Source: an uncultured bacterium (GTDB taxonomy: Bacteria; Chloroflexota; UBA5177; JANWHV01). Taken from it: DNA of 64,000 bases. Below, piece after piece: positions 1 through 10,099 of the stretch. How positions within the stretch are numbered: position 1 is the first letter of the stretch; each line of letters starts with the position of its first letter. The DNA lies in assembly GCA_963827235.1 (NCBI GenBank), contig CAWHAE010000009.1, positions 864,001 through 928,000 of the forward strand, in the 5' to 3' direction. Below the pieces are notes generated by a model that saw only the letters and a program-made list of their open reading frames with translations, ran no database searches and had not been told where the DNA came from. Both the position numbers and the translations under genes were made by a program.

Positions 1-2
1 AG

Positions 3-566
3 ATGCTCTTCTCCGCCGGTCTGATCACCGAGGTGCTGCCCCAGCTCTGGGACCGGGATCCGATGGACGCAAAGCAGCATCTGGGCGATCTCCAGCTCCT
101 GGTGCGCGGGGCGCTGGCGGAGATGCGGGCCCTGCTTCTGGAGTTGCGCCCGGCAGCCTTGACCGACGTCGATCTGGGCGGCTTGCTCCGTTCCCTGAGC
201 GATGCTACGACCGGGCGGACGCGGCTTCCCGTGACTCTGACGGTGGACGGCCGGCGGCTACTGCCACCCGACGTGCAGGTAGCACTGTACCGGATCGCCC
301 AAGAGGCGCTGACCAATGCTACCAAACACGCGGGGGCCTCGGCGCTGACCGTGAGCTTGCGCTACATGGCGCGGGACGTTGAGCTGCGAATAGGCGACGA
401 TGGCACCGGTTTTGACCCGACTGCAGTCGGGCCGGAGCATCTGGGCCTGCGGATCATGGCAGAGCGTGCCTCCCAAGTAGGAGCAACGCTGGCGATCGAG
501 AGCACGCCTGGAAACGGTACAATGGTGACTTTGCGATGGATTGGTCCGGCAGTCGAGGAGGTGTAA
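3..566 (+). CDS. Sensor histidine kinase, C-terminal part (HisKA_3/HATPase_c, NarX/LiaS-type); runs off the window start
   Basis: ELRP motif, 'LYRIAQEALTNATKHA' N-box, 'DDGTGF' G1 box, 'GLRIMAERA', 'GNGT' G2 box; stop overlaps the regulator start (TAATG). Confidence 0.93.
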   Translation: MLFSAGLITEVLPQLWDRDPMDAKQHLGDLQLLVRGALAEMRALLLELRPAALTDVDLGGLLRSLSDATTGRTRLPVTLTVDGRRLLPPDVQVALYRIAQEALTNATKHAGASALTVSLRYMARDVELRIGDDGTGFDPTAVGPEHLGLRIMAERASQVGATLAIESTPGNGTMVTLRWIGPAVEEV

Positions 567-1207
567 TGGAGGAATCAGCGCGTATCCGCGTACTGATCGT
601 CGACGACCATGCGATGGTCCGGCGCGGCCTCGCTACGTTTCTCAAGGCGTACGATGACCTGGAGCTGGTCGGCGAGGCGGGCAGCGGTGTCGATGCGGTA
701 GCGTGCTGCGGGAAGACCCAGCCCGACGTCGTGTTGATGGATCTATTGATGCCGCAGATGGACGGCATCGCCGCCACGCGGGCGATTCGCGCCCAGTATC
801 CCACCGTGCAGGTGCTTGCGCTGACGAGCTTTCCCGACGAGGCCCTGGTGCAACGTGCGCTGCAGGCCGGGGCTAGAGGATTTCTACTCAAGGACATCTC
901 CGCGGAAGAACTGGCCGGAGCCATTCGCGGAGCGCGGCGAGGCCAATCCACGCTGGCGCCGGAAGCACTGCAGGCGCTGGTTCAGGCGACGGCCCGCCCG
1001 CCGGCCCCGGGCCAAACGCTGAGCCCGCGCGAGCGGGAAGTCCTGGCGTTGATGGTAGAGGGTCTGAGCAATCCGGCGATCGCCGAACGGCTCGTGGTCA
1101 GTCCAACTACGATCAAGGCGCACGTCAGCAGCATCCTCAACAAGCTGGCGGTGACGAGCCGCACCGAGGCCGTGGCGATGGCGGTCGAGCACCATATTCT
1201 CCGGTGA
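566..1207 (+). CDS. NarL/LuxR-family DNA-binding response regulator
   Basis: REC domain (VDDH, phospho-Asp in 'VLMDL', 'FLLKD') and LuxR HTH 'LSPREREVL...GLSNPAIAERL...TIKAHVSSILNKL'; GAGGAG RBS. Confidence 0.96.
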   Translation: MEESARIRVLIVDDHAMVRRGLATFLKAYDDLELVGEAGSGVDAVACCGKTQPDVVLMDLLMPQMDGIAATRAIRAQYPTVQVLALTSFPDEALVQRALQAGARGFLLKDISAEELAGAIRGARRGQSTLAPEALQALVQATARPPAPGQTLSPREREVLALMVEGLSNPAIAERLVVSPTTIKAHVSSILNKLAVTSRTEAVAMAVEHHILR

Positions 1208-1317
1208 CCGGCAGGCGCGGCCTCTCGAAGCCAGTCGCCTGCGAGAGAGCCGCGGGCCTGAAGGTCGCACACGACCGGCGCCCCACCAGCGAGCGTAATT
1301 GGGGAGGGCGGTGGCGA

Positions 1318-2562
1318 TCAGGACGGCGAGGTCAGGTCCGTGAGCCTGAACGCGGCGATGATGCCACCCTGGACCTGGCCAGCCGAGCGCGGCTTGGGCA
1401 CGGGAGAGAGCAGCCGCCGAAGACCTCCCGGCAGCCACCACCAGGGATCGGCAGCGGCATGCGCGACACTTTGGCCCACGACAAGCAGGCGGCTACTGCG
1501 CTCATCGAGTGCCAGCGCTACCGGCGCGGCGTCCAGCGTGAAGGTGCGTCGAGTGGCGCCGCTCCGGGGATCCAGCACCTGCAGGCGGCTCTGCGGACTG
1601 TTGCGCGCCACAATAATGCTATCGTTTCCAGGATCGACCGCCGCGGCGGTGACGCCTGCACCCGTGGGGACGTCGTACAGAACGCGATAGTTCACTGCGT
1701 CGACGGTACATAGCGTGCCCGCTTCGAGGACGTAGATGCGTGCGGCTTCCGGCACCGCGAGCACGATGGCCACGGCGCCGCCGTACACTGCCAGTGCGCT
1801 GCTTCGCCTCGTGGCCTGACCCGGCGGTAGGAGGGCCACGGTACGCACCAGGGCGCTGTTGCGGGCATCCAGCACACTGAGCAGCCCCTGCCCGGCCACG
1901 TAGACCCGAGCGCGGCGCGCGTCCACCGCGATGCCGGCGAAGTCTCCCGCGTTGGGCACCTGGACGGTCCGCAACAGGTTGCCGGTCCGTGAGTCCAGCA
2001 TGCTGACCGTGCCATCTCCGGCATTGACGACGAACACACGGTTGGTGGCCGCGGACACCGCGAGGGCGGTCGGACGGGTGCCGACCGTTACGCTGCGCAG
2101 GGGCCGCATGCGCCGGCTATCCAGTACCTCGACGAGGTTCTCATCCTCGCTGGTCACATACAGCAGTCCATCGCGAGAATCGACGGCCGCCGTGCCGGGA
2201 TCGGCGGCTACCGGCACGGCTGGGCCGGCGAGCCTGCTTCCGCGCGCCACGAGACTGATCGTGTCCGGGCTGGGTAGGACGTTCCCACCGATCCGCGTGC
2301 CCACGGCCGCGCCGTTGACCGCGAAGCCGTAGCTGCCGGCGCTGGAGAACGCGTACATGCGGGCGACGCCCGCAGCGGCGAGCGATCGACTGACGACGAA
2401 GATCTGCCCGGATTGCTCGTCGAGAGCGGCGGTCCAGGGTACCGATTTCAACGCGACCGTGTACTCGACGGGTTCGCCGGAGAGCCGGCCCGCCGCGCCC
2501 CTGGCAGCTACGGAGACCGCGATCGCCAGGATCGACGCGGCGAGGAGAAGTCGCATGCGCAT
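1318..2562 (-). CDS. Secreted YVTN/YncE-like beta-propeller protein
   Basis: Sec-type signal peptide; repeated 'RVFVVNAGDGTVSMLD', 'LYVTSEDENLVEVLD', 'RVYVAG' blades. Confidence 0.8.
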   Translation of the reverse strand: MRMRLLLAASILAIAVSVAARGAAGRLSGEPVEYTVALKSVPWTAALDEQSGQIFVVSRSLAAAGVARMYAFSSAGSYGFAVNGAAVGTRIGGNVLPSPDTISLVARGSRLAGPAVPVAADPGTAAVDSRDGLLYVTSEDENLVEVLDSRRMRPLRSVTVGTRPTALAVSAATNRVFVVNAGDGTVSMLDSRTGNLLRTVQVPNAGDFAGIAVDARRARVYVAGQGLLSVLDARNSALVRTVALLPPGQATRRSSALAVYGGAVAIVLAVPEAARIYVLEAGTLCTVDAVNYRVLYDVPTGAGVTAAAVDPGNDSIIVARNSPQSRLQVLDPRSGATRRTFTLDAAPVALALDERSSRLLVVGQSVAHAAADPWWWLPGGLRRLLSPVPKPRSAGQVQGGIIAAFRLTDLTSPS

Positions 2563-3129
2563 GAGGGTGTGTCCTCAGCCCATTATGAGCGCGGTGATGA
2601 AGCGTGTCCACATACGTCCCGATCCGTCTTGGCGATTCTCCGCACGGTGGCATGGCGGTGACGACCACAAAGCGGAATGGCGTAGCAGTTCTTCGCCGGG
2701 TGGCTTGAACTACCTGGAGGCGCGACACTGCTGCCGAGCAACGACCGGGGAGCGGTCAGCAGCAACACCTGTCTTCGAGGCTGAAGAGGATGAGCATGAC
2801 GATCGGTGCGACGACTACGGCGAGCATAGTCACCATCCTTCGGCGCCGCGGCTCCTACTCGAACAGCTTGCCGATATCCTGCATCTCACGCTCGCCGATT
2901 GCGAACGTGCCGAACCTGTATGCGCGACGCCGTCGCGCGAGGATTTTCCGCAGTACCCGTGCTATCGCCTTGCCCACTTCGCGTGCTCCTATTCTGTAAT
3001 CACCACGGTTCAGTACTTACACCATAATCGACTCATGAGCAGCTCACTACGGCCCGCAAGGGCTATTGCCGCTGGCCGATTTACGCGCACGAGCCTGCTA
3101 GAACGTATTGATGCGACGACCGGGCACCG

Positions 3130-4329
3130 TCACCGAGCGTTCAGCTCGCCGGCCATGAAGCGATCCACGTCGGGCAGGCTTGCCCTGATCAACCCCGACA
3201 GCGGGCCCTCTGGATCCAGACCGCACACGTCCTTGAGCACGACGTCGAGGCCATCGTCCGAAAGCCGCTGTTGCAGCCTGAGCGCGGACGGGTCGGTGGG
3301 CTCGTGGTAACGAAGGGCGGCGGCGATGACCAGGGCCAGGGCTCGCGGCTCCACGTTTTCCTCGAGACAGAGCGAGGCCGGTCCCACAAGTCGATCGTAC
3401 CGGCTGAGCTTGCGGAGCGGATCGCGGGCGTGCCGCTCCAGCGTGTCGGGATTGCGCGCATCCTGGAACGCTTCCAGTGACTCCTGAGCGTGCTCGGCCT
3501 GGCTTTCAGCCGAATGTCCGTGGCGGCGGCACAGGGCGGTGCCCGACTCGCTCAGCACCTCTCGTGCTACCGCGAGAACGCGCGTGTCGACCGCGGCATC
3601 GTGCAAGGTGCGAAAACCGAGCAGTGCTCCCAGGTAGGAGATGGACGCGCTGAGCGCGCTGTAGGTGAAGAGCTTGCGCTCAAGCGCGCTCTGGAAATCG
3701 GCCACGGGCACGATCCCGGTCAACTGCGGGAAGGGCTGACGCACCATATCGCCGTCGACCTGAAGCTGCCAGTAGTCGGTTCCCTGCACGGCCAGGGGAT
3801 CGTAGGCTCGCTGCTCGGTTGTCGGCTCGATACAGCCACGGTAGACAGTGGATTCGGCGACGCCGCAGCACTGCTCGAAGTACGCCAATGCCTCCGGAGG
3901 CAGGCTGGCGGCGAGGCTGTTGCGCAGCAATGCGCCCGGCCTGGTCCAATTCTCGCATGTGATCAGGTTGAGCACCGTCGGGTTCTCGCGGACCCGGCGG
4001 GCGATACCGGGAGCCAGCAACGGTCCAAGCGAGGCAAGTCGCTCGCCGCCGACGGCGGTGAAGACGAGGTCCGCGCCGGCGACGAGATCCGCGATTCGCG
4101 CGACGTCGCCTGCCGCCACGATACTGTATCCCTGTATCACATCCTCGCGCATAGGGTTGCTGGCCACGTACACGTGGTAGCTACCCCGGCGTGCCATCTC
4201 GGCGACGAGCTCCTGGCTCCATTCGACGAAGGCGACGCGCGCCCCGGCAAGCGTGAGGAGGTGGGCGATAAAGCCGCGACCCACCTTGCCGGCGCCGATG
4301 ATCACGGCGCTGGTTGTTCGATCCGACAT
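3130..4329 (-). CDS. Mannitol-1-phosphate 5-dehydrogenase-like polyol-phosphate dehydrogenase (MtlD family)
   Basis: Start reset to ATG 4329 (GAAGGA upstream); 'GAGKVGRGF' Rossmann motif, 'TAVG', 'ITCEN', 'ERKLFT', 'RDPLRKLSRYDRLVGPA'. Confidence 0.85.
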   Translation of the reverse strand: MSDRTTSAVIIGAGKVGRGFIAHLLTLAGARVAFVEWSQELVAEMARRGSYHVYVASNPMREDVIQGYSIVAAGDVARIADLVAGADLVFTAVGGERLASLGPLLAPGIARRVRENPTVLNLITCENWTRPGALLRNSLAASLPPEALAYFEQCCGVAESTVYRGCIEPTTEQRAYDPLAVQGTDYWQLQVDGDMVRQPFPQLTGIVPVADFQSALERKLFTYSALSASISYLGALLGFRTLHDAAVDTRVLAVAREVLSESGTALCRRHGHSAESQAEHAQESLEAFQDARNPDTLERHARDPLRKLSRYDRLVGPASLCLEENVEPRALALVIAAALRYHEPTDPSALRLQQRLSDDGLDVVLKDVCGLDPEGPLSGLIRASLPDVDRFMAGELNAR

Positions 4330-4747
4330 GCTGTAGTTTCCTTCATAACAGACCCGCGCGCGACGCCTGTGCTGCCCGTGTTGGGTGCGCTTGCAGCGCG
4401 TCGAGCGAATACGGAAGTCCACGAGAACGCACCAAAGTGCTGCACCTAGTGTAGCCAATCCGCGGGTGCCCTCTTCTGTGTATCGAGCACGAGCATACCG
4501 CAGGCGCCGGTGGCAGGAGTTGTGGTGGAGCAACGTCGAGAAGCTCGAGGCCGTACGTGACGAAGTGAAGGATGTCCTTTTGTCGCAGGTGCGGCCGGCA
4601 TCCGAGATGCGGGCCCATACAGTCCGTCTGCCTGGTGAGCAGATCAAGCCGCTTCATGTGACGCGGAGCGTCTGCAGGCTCTGCGCTATCGACATAGGCT
4701 GACATGTGCTCCAATGGCGGGGAGTAGAATGGAGCGCGTTGGGCATA

Positions 4748-4787
4748 TTGTTCCAGTCCGTGCCTTCAGGTGAGCAGACTGGAACAA
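4748..4787. promoter_or_regulatory. Perfect 11-bp inverted repeat (TTGTTCCAGTC-N18-GACTGGAACAA) between the divergent dehydrogenase and SIS genes
   Basis: Read directly from sequence; operator or RNA hairpin role is inference. Confidence 0.45.
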
Positions 4788-4831
4788 CCGGCAGTGCGAT
4801 GTCATACACCTGTAGACGAGGACACTAGCTG

Positions 4832-5401
4832 ATGAACGGCATGGAACCGATCGCGAGCCTCGGCAGACACGCGTCCGAGGAGATCACGGCGGTGCTGGCA
4901 GGGGTGCGCGAAGAGCAGATTGCCGCCTTGCGTGCCGCCCTGCGGAACTCCTCCCAGATACTCACCCACGGGGTGGGTCGCGAGGGATTGGTGATGCGCA
5001 GCTTCGCCATGCGCCTCATGCATCTCGGCCTACCGGTCGGCGTGGTCGGCGACATGACGTGCGGACCGAGCGGACCGGGCGCGCTGTTCGTATGCAGCGC
5101 CGGTCCAGGAGAGTTCGGCACGATCGGTGCCCTGATCGACCTGGCGCGCAAGGCCGGAGCATCCGTTGCCCTGTTCACCGCGCACCCGGAAGCAGGACTG
5201 GCTGCCCGGGCGCACTTCGTGGTCGAAGTGCCGGCTCAGACGATGGCGGGATCGCGGACCGGCACGGCGTCGCAGCAGATTATGGGCTCCATCTATGAGC
5301 AGGCGCTCTGGGTGCTGCTGGATTGCCTCATCTGGCAGCTGGCGCAGGAGCTCGGACTCACGCAGGAGCAGATGGCAGCCAGGCACACGAACATGGAGTA
5401 A
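4832..5401 (+). CDS. SIS-domain sugar-phosphate isomerase (6-phospho-3-hexuloisomerase/HxlB-like)
   Basis: 'GVGREGLVMRSFAMRLMHLG', 'SAGPG', 'MGSIYEQ', C-terminal 'ARHTNME'. Confidence 0.88.
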   Translation: MNGMEPIASLGRHASEEITAVLAGVREEQIAALRAALRNSSQILTHGVGREGLVMRSFAMRLMHLGLPVGVVGDMTCGPSGPGALFVCSAGPGEFGTIGALIDLARKAGASVALFTAHPEAGLAARAHFVVEVPAQTMAGSRTGTASQQIMGSIYEQALWVLLDCLIWQLAQELGLTQEQMAARHTNME

Positions 5402-5571
5402 GCGCCTGCGGATCGGCCCCGTGGCCGGCACAGACCGGACGCTCTTCAGGCACCGGAGGGTACGCGTGCGTGCGTACGGCACGATCACGGCGCACGACCT
5501 GGCCGTGGACTGAGCGTTCCAGATACATAGCTGTCATGAAACGCACACCAGGTTATGCGTTTGTGCGTTTA

Positions 5572-5600
5572 TTGACAGGCCAGACGGGAGGGACTATAAT
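5572..5600 (+). promoter_or_regulatory. Consensus sigma70 promoter TTGACA-N17-TATAAT upstream of DeoR/ABC operon
   Basis: TTGACA 5572-5577 and TATAAT 5595-5600; 9-bp inverted repeat AAACGCACA/TGTGCGTTT (5539-5570) abuts the -35. Confidence 0.85.
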
Positions 5601-5729
5601 CCCCTCGCATTCTATAGCCAATGTTGTGAATTAAGCACCATATTCTGTGCGAAACTGACCAAAGGGTGCAAGCCTGCACAGCGGGTGTGCTTTGCCCGAA
5701 CGCTGGAGCGAAGCGACAAGGGGGCTGCA

Positions 5730-6578
5730 ATGCCCGGTAGCCAGAGTGCAACCAAGCAAGACCACCGCACGTCTCCCGTGGAGAGGCAGGCCCGCATTGT
5801 CGAGAACTTTGAGAGCCGTCACTACTGCAGCACGGTGGAGCTCAGCCGGCTGCTGCGCGTGTCGGCGATGACGGTGCGCAGGGATCTGCGCGAGCTGGCG
5901 GAGATGGGTGTGCTGACCCTCGTTCATGGGGGTGCGCGGCTCAACCAATCCGCCATTCTCGAGCCGGGCGTCTCGGCGCGCAGCTCGGAGCATCGACCCG
6001 AGAAGGAGGCGATCGGGGCCTACGCGGCCGGCATGATTCAGCCCGGGGAGGCGCTCTGCGTCGACGCCGGCAGCACGGCACTGGAGGTAGCGCGGCACCT
6101 CAAGCAGCTCTCGGGGCTGACCGTGGTGACACATTCGCTCTCGGTCATGGTGGAGCTGTCGCGGCATAGCAACGTCACCGTGGTGTCCTTGGGAGGCACC
6201 CTCCACCACTCCTCACTGCTGTTTTCGGGGCCGGACGTCGTGACGGCGCTGTCGCGGCTTCATTTCTCGACCATCGTGGTAGGAATGAGCGGGATCGACT
6301 TCACGTTGGGCATGACGTGCGGCGATCTCAGCGAGGCCGAAACGAAGCGGGCCATGATTCGCGCTGCCGAGCGTGTGATCATCGTGGCCGATCACACCAA
6401 GATCGGCAAGCGGTTCCTGGCGAAAGTCGGTCCGCTCGAGGCAGGCCAGATCCTCGTTACCGACGACAGAGTGCACGATGCCGCGTTGAGGCATCTTGGC
6501 CACATCGGCGTCGAGGTGCACACGGTTCGCGCGACGCCATCCGGGATCAACCTGGTCGCAGCCCTGGAAGGGGGGTGA
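5730..6578 (+). CDS. DeoR/GlpR-family transcriptional regulator
   Basis: HTH 'VSAMTVRRDL', 'VHGGA', 'EKEAIG', 'DAGST', 'VVTHSL', 'ADHTKIG'. Confidence 0.95.
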   Translation: MPGSQSATKQDHRTSPVERQARIVENFESRHYCSTVELSRLLRVSAMTVRRDLRELAEMGVLTLVHGGARLNQSAILEPGVSARSSEHRPEKEAIGAYAAGMIQPGEALCVDAGSTALEVARHLKQLSGLTVVTHSLSVMVELSRHSNVTVVSLGGTLHHSSLLFSGPDVVTALSRLHFSTIVVGMSGIDFTLGMTCGDLSEAETKRAMIRAAERVIIVADHTKIGKRFLAKVGPLEAGQILVTDDRVHDAALRHLGHIGVEVHTVRATPSGINLVAALEGG

Positions 6579-6702
6579 TAGCAGTCCGCGGAACGAAGCC
6601 GCGGCACTGCAGTGAGAGCAGTGCCGGGCTGTAATCCTTCCACCTGATTCGGTGAGAGAGGGCATATGCCGTCTCGCCAATGAAGAATGGAACCCACTGA
6701 CG

Positions 6703-8166
6703 ATGAGTACGATTACGCGCAAGGGCTTTATCGCCGGCACAGCGGCCACCGCGGCCGGCGCGGCGTTCGCAGGCAGCTCGTTCACCTGGTACAGGGGAAC
6801 GACGCTGGCCGAGCGGGCGCAAGCCGACTTGTGGAAGCAGTACAGCGGCGCGAAGCTCAACTTCATCTCGGAGAATACGAATCCGAGCACCGCGGCTGCC
6901 CACTATATGGGCGCGTTCACGGCGCTCACGGGCATCGACGTGAAGATCACGCAGACAGAGCTGGGCAACGTGGTGGAGAAGGTCGCTCTCGACATGGGGA
7001 GTGGCTCGGCCGCCTACCAGCTGATCTACGCGGATCCCTATCAGATCCTGGCGCCGTACTACAAGGGTCTGGTCGATCTCAGCACGTTTGTGAGCAACCC
7101 CAAGTTCCCGGCGGTCCCGGGGCCCGGCGGCATCAAGGACTTCATTCCCTCGCAGCTGGTGGGCTGCAGCTACTTCCTGGATCGGAAGCACATCTACACC
7201 TTCCCGTACGACTGCCCAACCATGATCTGGATCTACAGGAAGGACATCATCGCCAAGTACAAGAGCGCCTTCATGAAGGCCAACGGCTTCGACTGGACCC
7301 CCGGGCCGCACCTGACCTGGGAGCAGTACTACACGATGGCCGAGTGGATGAACAAGAACGTCCACGAAGTGAAGTACGGCACGGGTCACCAGGCCAAGGA
7401 GTATGACTCGCTGCAATGCGACTTCTCCAACGTGCTCTATGCCTACGGTGCGCAGTACTTCCCGGGTGAGCCCGATCCTGTGGACTCGATTGGCGTCCTG
7501 AAGGCGGGCAAGTGCCAGCTCACGTCGCCCCAGGCGCTCCAAGCGGCAGCCTTCTATCAGAAGCTGCTCAAGATCGCCCATCCCAGCAGCACGTCGTGGG
7601 ATTGGACCGATGTCTCTAACGCGTTCGAGGCCGGCGATATCGCCATGATGCCTGAGTGGCACGAGTTTGCTGCCTCGCTGGAAGATCCGAAGATGTCGAA
7701 GGTGGCAGGCAAGGTCGGCTACGCGGCACTGCCACGTGGGACGAAGCGGAGCTGCAATCTCTGGGGCGGCACGGGCATAGCCATCAACGCCAATGCCAGC
7801 GCCGACGAGCAGGGTGCGGCCTACCTGTTCATCCTCTGGGTCACCTCGCCGGATACCGAAGTCTTGGCCGCCGGCGGCACAGTAGGCGGTGAGACGCCCG
7901 TGCGGACGTCGGTCTACGCTCGGCCCGACATTCAGGCGGCGGAGAAGTCGTTCAGCCCGAAGTACCCGAACTTGGTATCCATGCAGGGCTGTCTACCGGC
8001 CTGGCTGCCGCAAAACGTGGGCTACCGGCCGAAAGTGGGCACCTGGCTCAAGTGCGATACTGTTATCTTCACAGAGCTGTCCAAGATGCTGGCCGGCCAG
8101 CAGTCGTCCGCGGCGGCCATGCAGAGTGCCGCCAAGCAATTCGACGCGGCAAACGGCGTCTCGTAG
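6703..8166 (+). CDS. Carbohydrate ABC transporter substrate-binding protein with Tat-like leader
   Basis: Leader 'MSTITRKGFIAGTAATAAG'; 'YRKD', 'TWEQY', 'GKVGYAALP' SBP_bac_1 motifs; followed by two permeases. Confidence 0.92.
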   Translation: MSTITRKGFIAGTAATAAGAAFAGSSFTWYRGTTLAERAQADLWKQYSGAKLNFISENTNPSTAAAHYMGAFTALTGIDVKITQTELGNVVEKVALDMGSGSAAYQLIYADPYQILAPYYKGLVDLSTFVSNPKFPAVPGPGGIKDFIPSQLVGCSYFLDRKHIYTFPYDCPTMIWIYRKDIIAKYKSAFMKANGFDWTPGPHLTWEQYYTMAEWMNKNVHEVKYGTGHQAKEYDSLQCDFSNVLYAYGAQYFPGEPDPVDSIGVLKAGKCQLTSPQALQAAAFYQKLLKIAHPSSTSWDWTDVSNAFEAGDIAMMPEWHEFAASLEDPKMSKVAGKVGYAALPRGTKRSCNLWGGTGIAINANASADEQGAAYLFILWVTSPDTEVLAAGGTVGGETPVRTSVYARPDIQAAEKSFSPKYPNLVSMQGCLPAWLPQNVGYRPKVGTWLKCDTVIFTELSKMLAGQQSSAAAMQSAAKQFDAANGVS

Positions 8167-8184
8167 CAGGTTAGGAAAGACATG

Positions 8185-8211
8185 CCGGGGCAGCACATTG
8201 TGCTGCCCCGG
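8185..8211 (+). terminator. Palindrome with 13-bp arms between the SBP and first permease (mRNA stabiliser or partial terminator)
   Basis: CCGGGGCAGCACA-T-TGTGCTGCCCCGG followed by TTT. Confidence 0.7.
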
Positions 8212-8241
8212 TTTGCCGGTTGAACCGCGAGGGGATCACGT

Positions 8242-9213
8242 GTGAAGGAACCACCCATAGTACTCGCACCCGAGGCGCCGCCTAGTCGCCGTCAAGAAGC
8301 CGTCGTCTTCCGCAAGAAGCGCCGGCTGCGCCGGCCTTCGGCCGAATTCTGGATGCTATTGCCTGCTCTCGTGGTACTCGCGGCGCTGAGCATCTACCCG
8401 TTCTTCTATCTCATCTGGATGAGCCTGAACAACATCACTCTTGTCGGCGGCATCAGCTTCAGCTTCGTCGGGCTCGACAACTGGCGGACGCTGTTCTCGG
8501 ATTCGCAGGTGTGGAGCAGCTGGCTCACGACTGTGCAGTTCGTGGGCGCGACCCTGATCGTCGAGATGCTGCTCGGCATCTGCGTGGCTCTTGCCATTAC
8601 CGCGATGGGCGTTTTGCGCAACGTGGTGCTCACGCTGGTGATCCTGCCCATGTTCATGGCACCGATCGTGGTAGGGCTTCTCGGCCTCTTCCTGACCAAC
8701 TCCACGTACGGACTCTACTACTATTTTCTGAATAATCTCGGTTTCTTCAAGAACTCCGACATCCTGGGTAGCACGACCACGGCGTTGCCGGCAGTGGTGC
8801 TGATGGATGCCTGGGAGTGGACGCCGCTGATCATCCTGATCGTGGCGGCGGGCCTGAGCTCCCTGCCGAAAGAGCCTCTGGAGGCGGCTGCTGTCGACGG
8901 CGCCTCCTCATGGCAGCGTCTTTGGTTCGTGATCATGCCCATGCTCCGCTCGACCATTCTGGTTGCACTGCTCATCCGCTCGATGGACGCCATCCGGTAC
9001 TACGACATCATCTGGGTCACCACGGCGGGCGGGCCGGCAGACTCCACCAAGATCATTCCCATACGCCTCTACGAGCAGGCTTTCCGGTTCTTTAACCTCG
9101 GCTACGCATCGGCGATCGGTCTCAGCATGCTGGTCGTGACCATCATCCTGGGCAAGCTCTTCGTCGGGTTCATGACGAAAGGAGACGCCAATGTCGCTCG
9201 TGATGCCGCGTAA
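8242..9213 (+). CDS. Carbohydrate ABC transporter permease (MalF/UgpA-like)
   Basis: Several TM segments; EAA loop 'LEAAAVDGASSWQ'; 'TAGGP'. Confidence 0.95.
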   Translation: MKEPPIVLAPEAPPSRRQEAVVFRKKRRLRRPSAEFWMLLPALVVLAALSIYPFFYLIWMSLNNITLVGGISFSFVGLDNWRTLFSDSQVWSSWLTTVQFVGATLIVEMLLGICVALAITAMGVLRNVVLTLVILPMFMAPIVVGLLGLFLTNSTYGLYYYFLNNLGFFKNSDILGSTTTALPAVVLMDAWEWTPLIILIVAAGLSSLPKEPLEAAAVDGASSWQRLWFVIMPMLRSTILVALLIRSMDAIRYYDIIWVTTAGGPADSTKIIPIRLYEQAFRFFNLGYASAIGLSMLVVTIILGKLFVGFMTKGDANVARDAA

Positions 9214-10048
9214 GAGGCGCCTGAATGTGACGCTGCCACGTCTGGCTCTCTACCTGTTCGTCACAGTGTTCTTGCTCTGGACGATGGTACCGATCGTGTG
9301 GATGATCCTGTCCTCCTTCCGCACGCAGGTGAGCATGCTTTCCATGCCTCCCAAGCTATTCGTGCCTATCGACACAGGTTCGTACCACTACATGTTCTTC
9401 GGGGGCGGGGGCTTCGGGAATTACCTGCTGAATAGCGTGATCGCCTCCGGCGGCTCGACCATCATCTCCCTGACGTTCGGGGCTACCGGCGGCTTCGCCC
9501 TCGCTCGTGTGAACTGGAAGCGCAAGTCCGACCTGTCTTTCTGGATCATCAGCACGCGCATGGCGCCGATCGCGGCCGTAATCGTGCCTCTCTACATGAC
9601 CTTTCGCGAGCTCGGCCTCTTGAATTCGCTCATGGGCTTGATCGTGGCGTACTGCACATTCAACCTGCCGTTCGCCATCTGGATCATGCAGGCATTCTTC
9701 CGCGACCTGCCGAAAGAGCTCGAGGAATCAGCCAAGGTAGACGGCTGCTCGACCTTCGGCAGCTTTATCCGCGTGGCGCTGCCGCTCTCCGCGCCGGGCG
9801 TCGTGGCGACGGGCGTGCTGTGCCTGGTGTTCGCCTGGAACGATTTTGCCTTTGCCTCGACTTTTACCGGGGCCGACAGCCAGACCATACCGGTGGCCGC
9901 CTCGCAGTTGGTCACGCAGAATGGCGTAGTCTGGGGTCAGCTCATGGCCACGGGCACCGTCATCCTGGTACCGATGGTGATCTGCGGGGTGGCGATCCGC
10001 CGCTGGCTGGTGCGCGGCTTGACCATGGGTGCGATGAGCGGGCAATGA
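9191..10048 (+). CDS. Carbohydrate ABC transporter permease (MalG/UgpE-like)
   Basis: EAA loop 'ELEESAKVDGC', 'FAWNDF', 'LVRGLTMGA'. Confidence 0.95.
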   Translation: MSLVMPRKRRLNVTLPRLALYLFVTVFLLWTMVPIVWMILSSFRTQVSMLSMPPKLFVPIDTGSYHYMFFGGGGFGNYLLNSVIASGGSTIISLTFGATGGFALARVNWKRKSDLSFWIISTRMAPIAAVIVPLYMTFRELGLLNSLMGLIVAYCTFNLPFAIWIMQAFFRDLPKELEESAKVDGCSTFGSFIRVALPLSAPGVVATGVLCLVFAWNDFAFASTFTGADSQTIPVAASQLVTQNGVVWGQLMATGTVILVPMVICGVAIRRWLVRGLTMGAMSGQ

Positions 10049-10099
10049 TGTGGGACCACTGGGCAGATCACGGCGATGGCCGGTTGGAAAGGACTGAAG

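Noticed and set aside
4343-4714. Overlapping 105-123 aa ORFs between the dehydrogenase and SIS genes, and the 5' extension of the dehydrogenase ORF
   Set aside because: No motifs or convincing RBS; more likely a divergent promoter region
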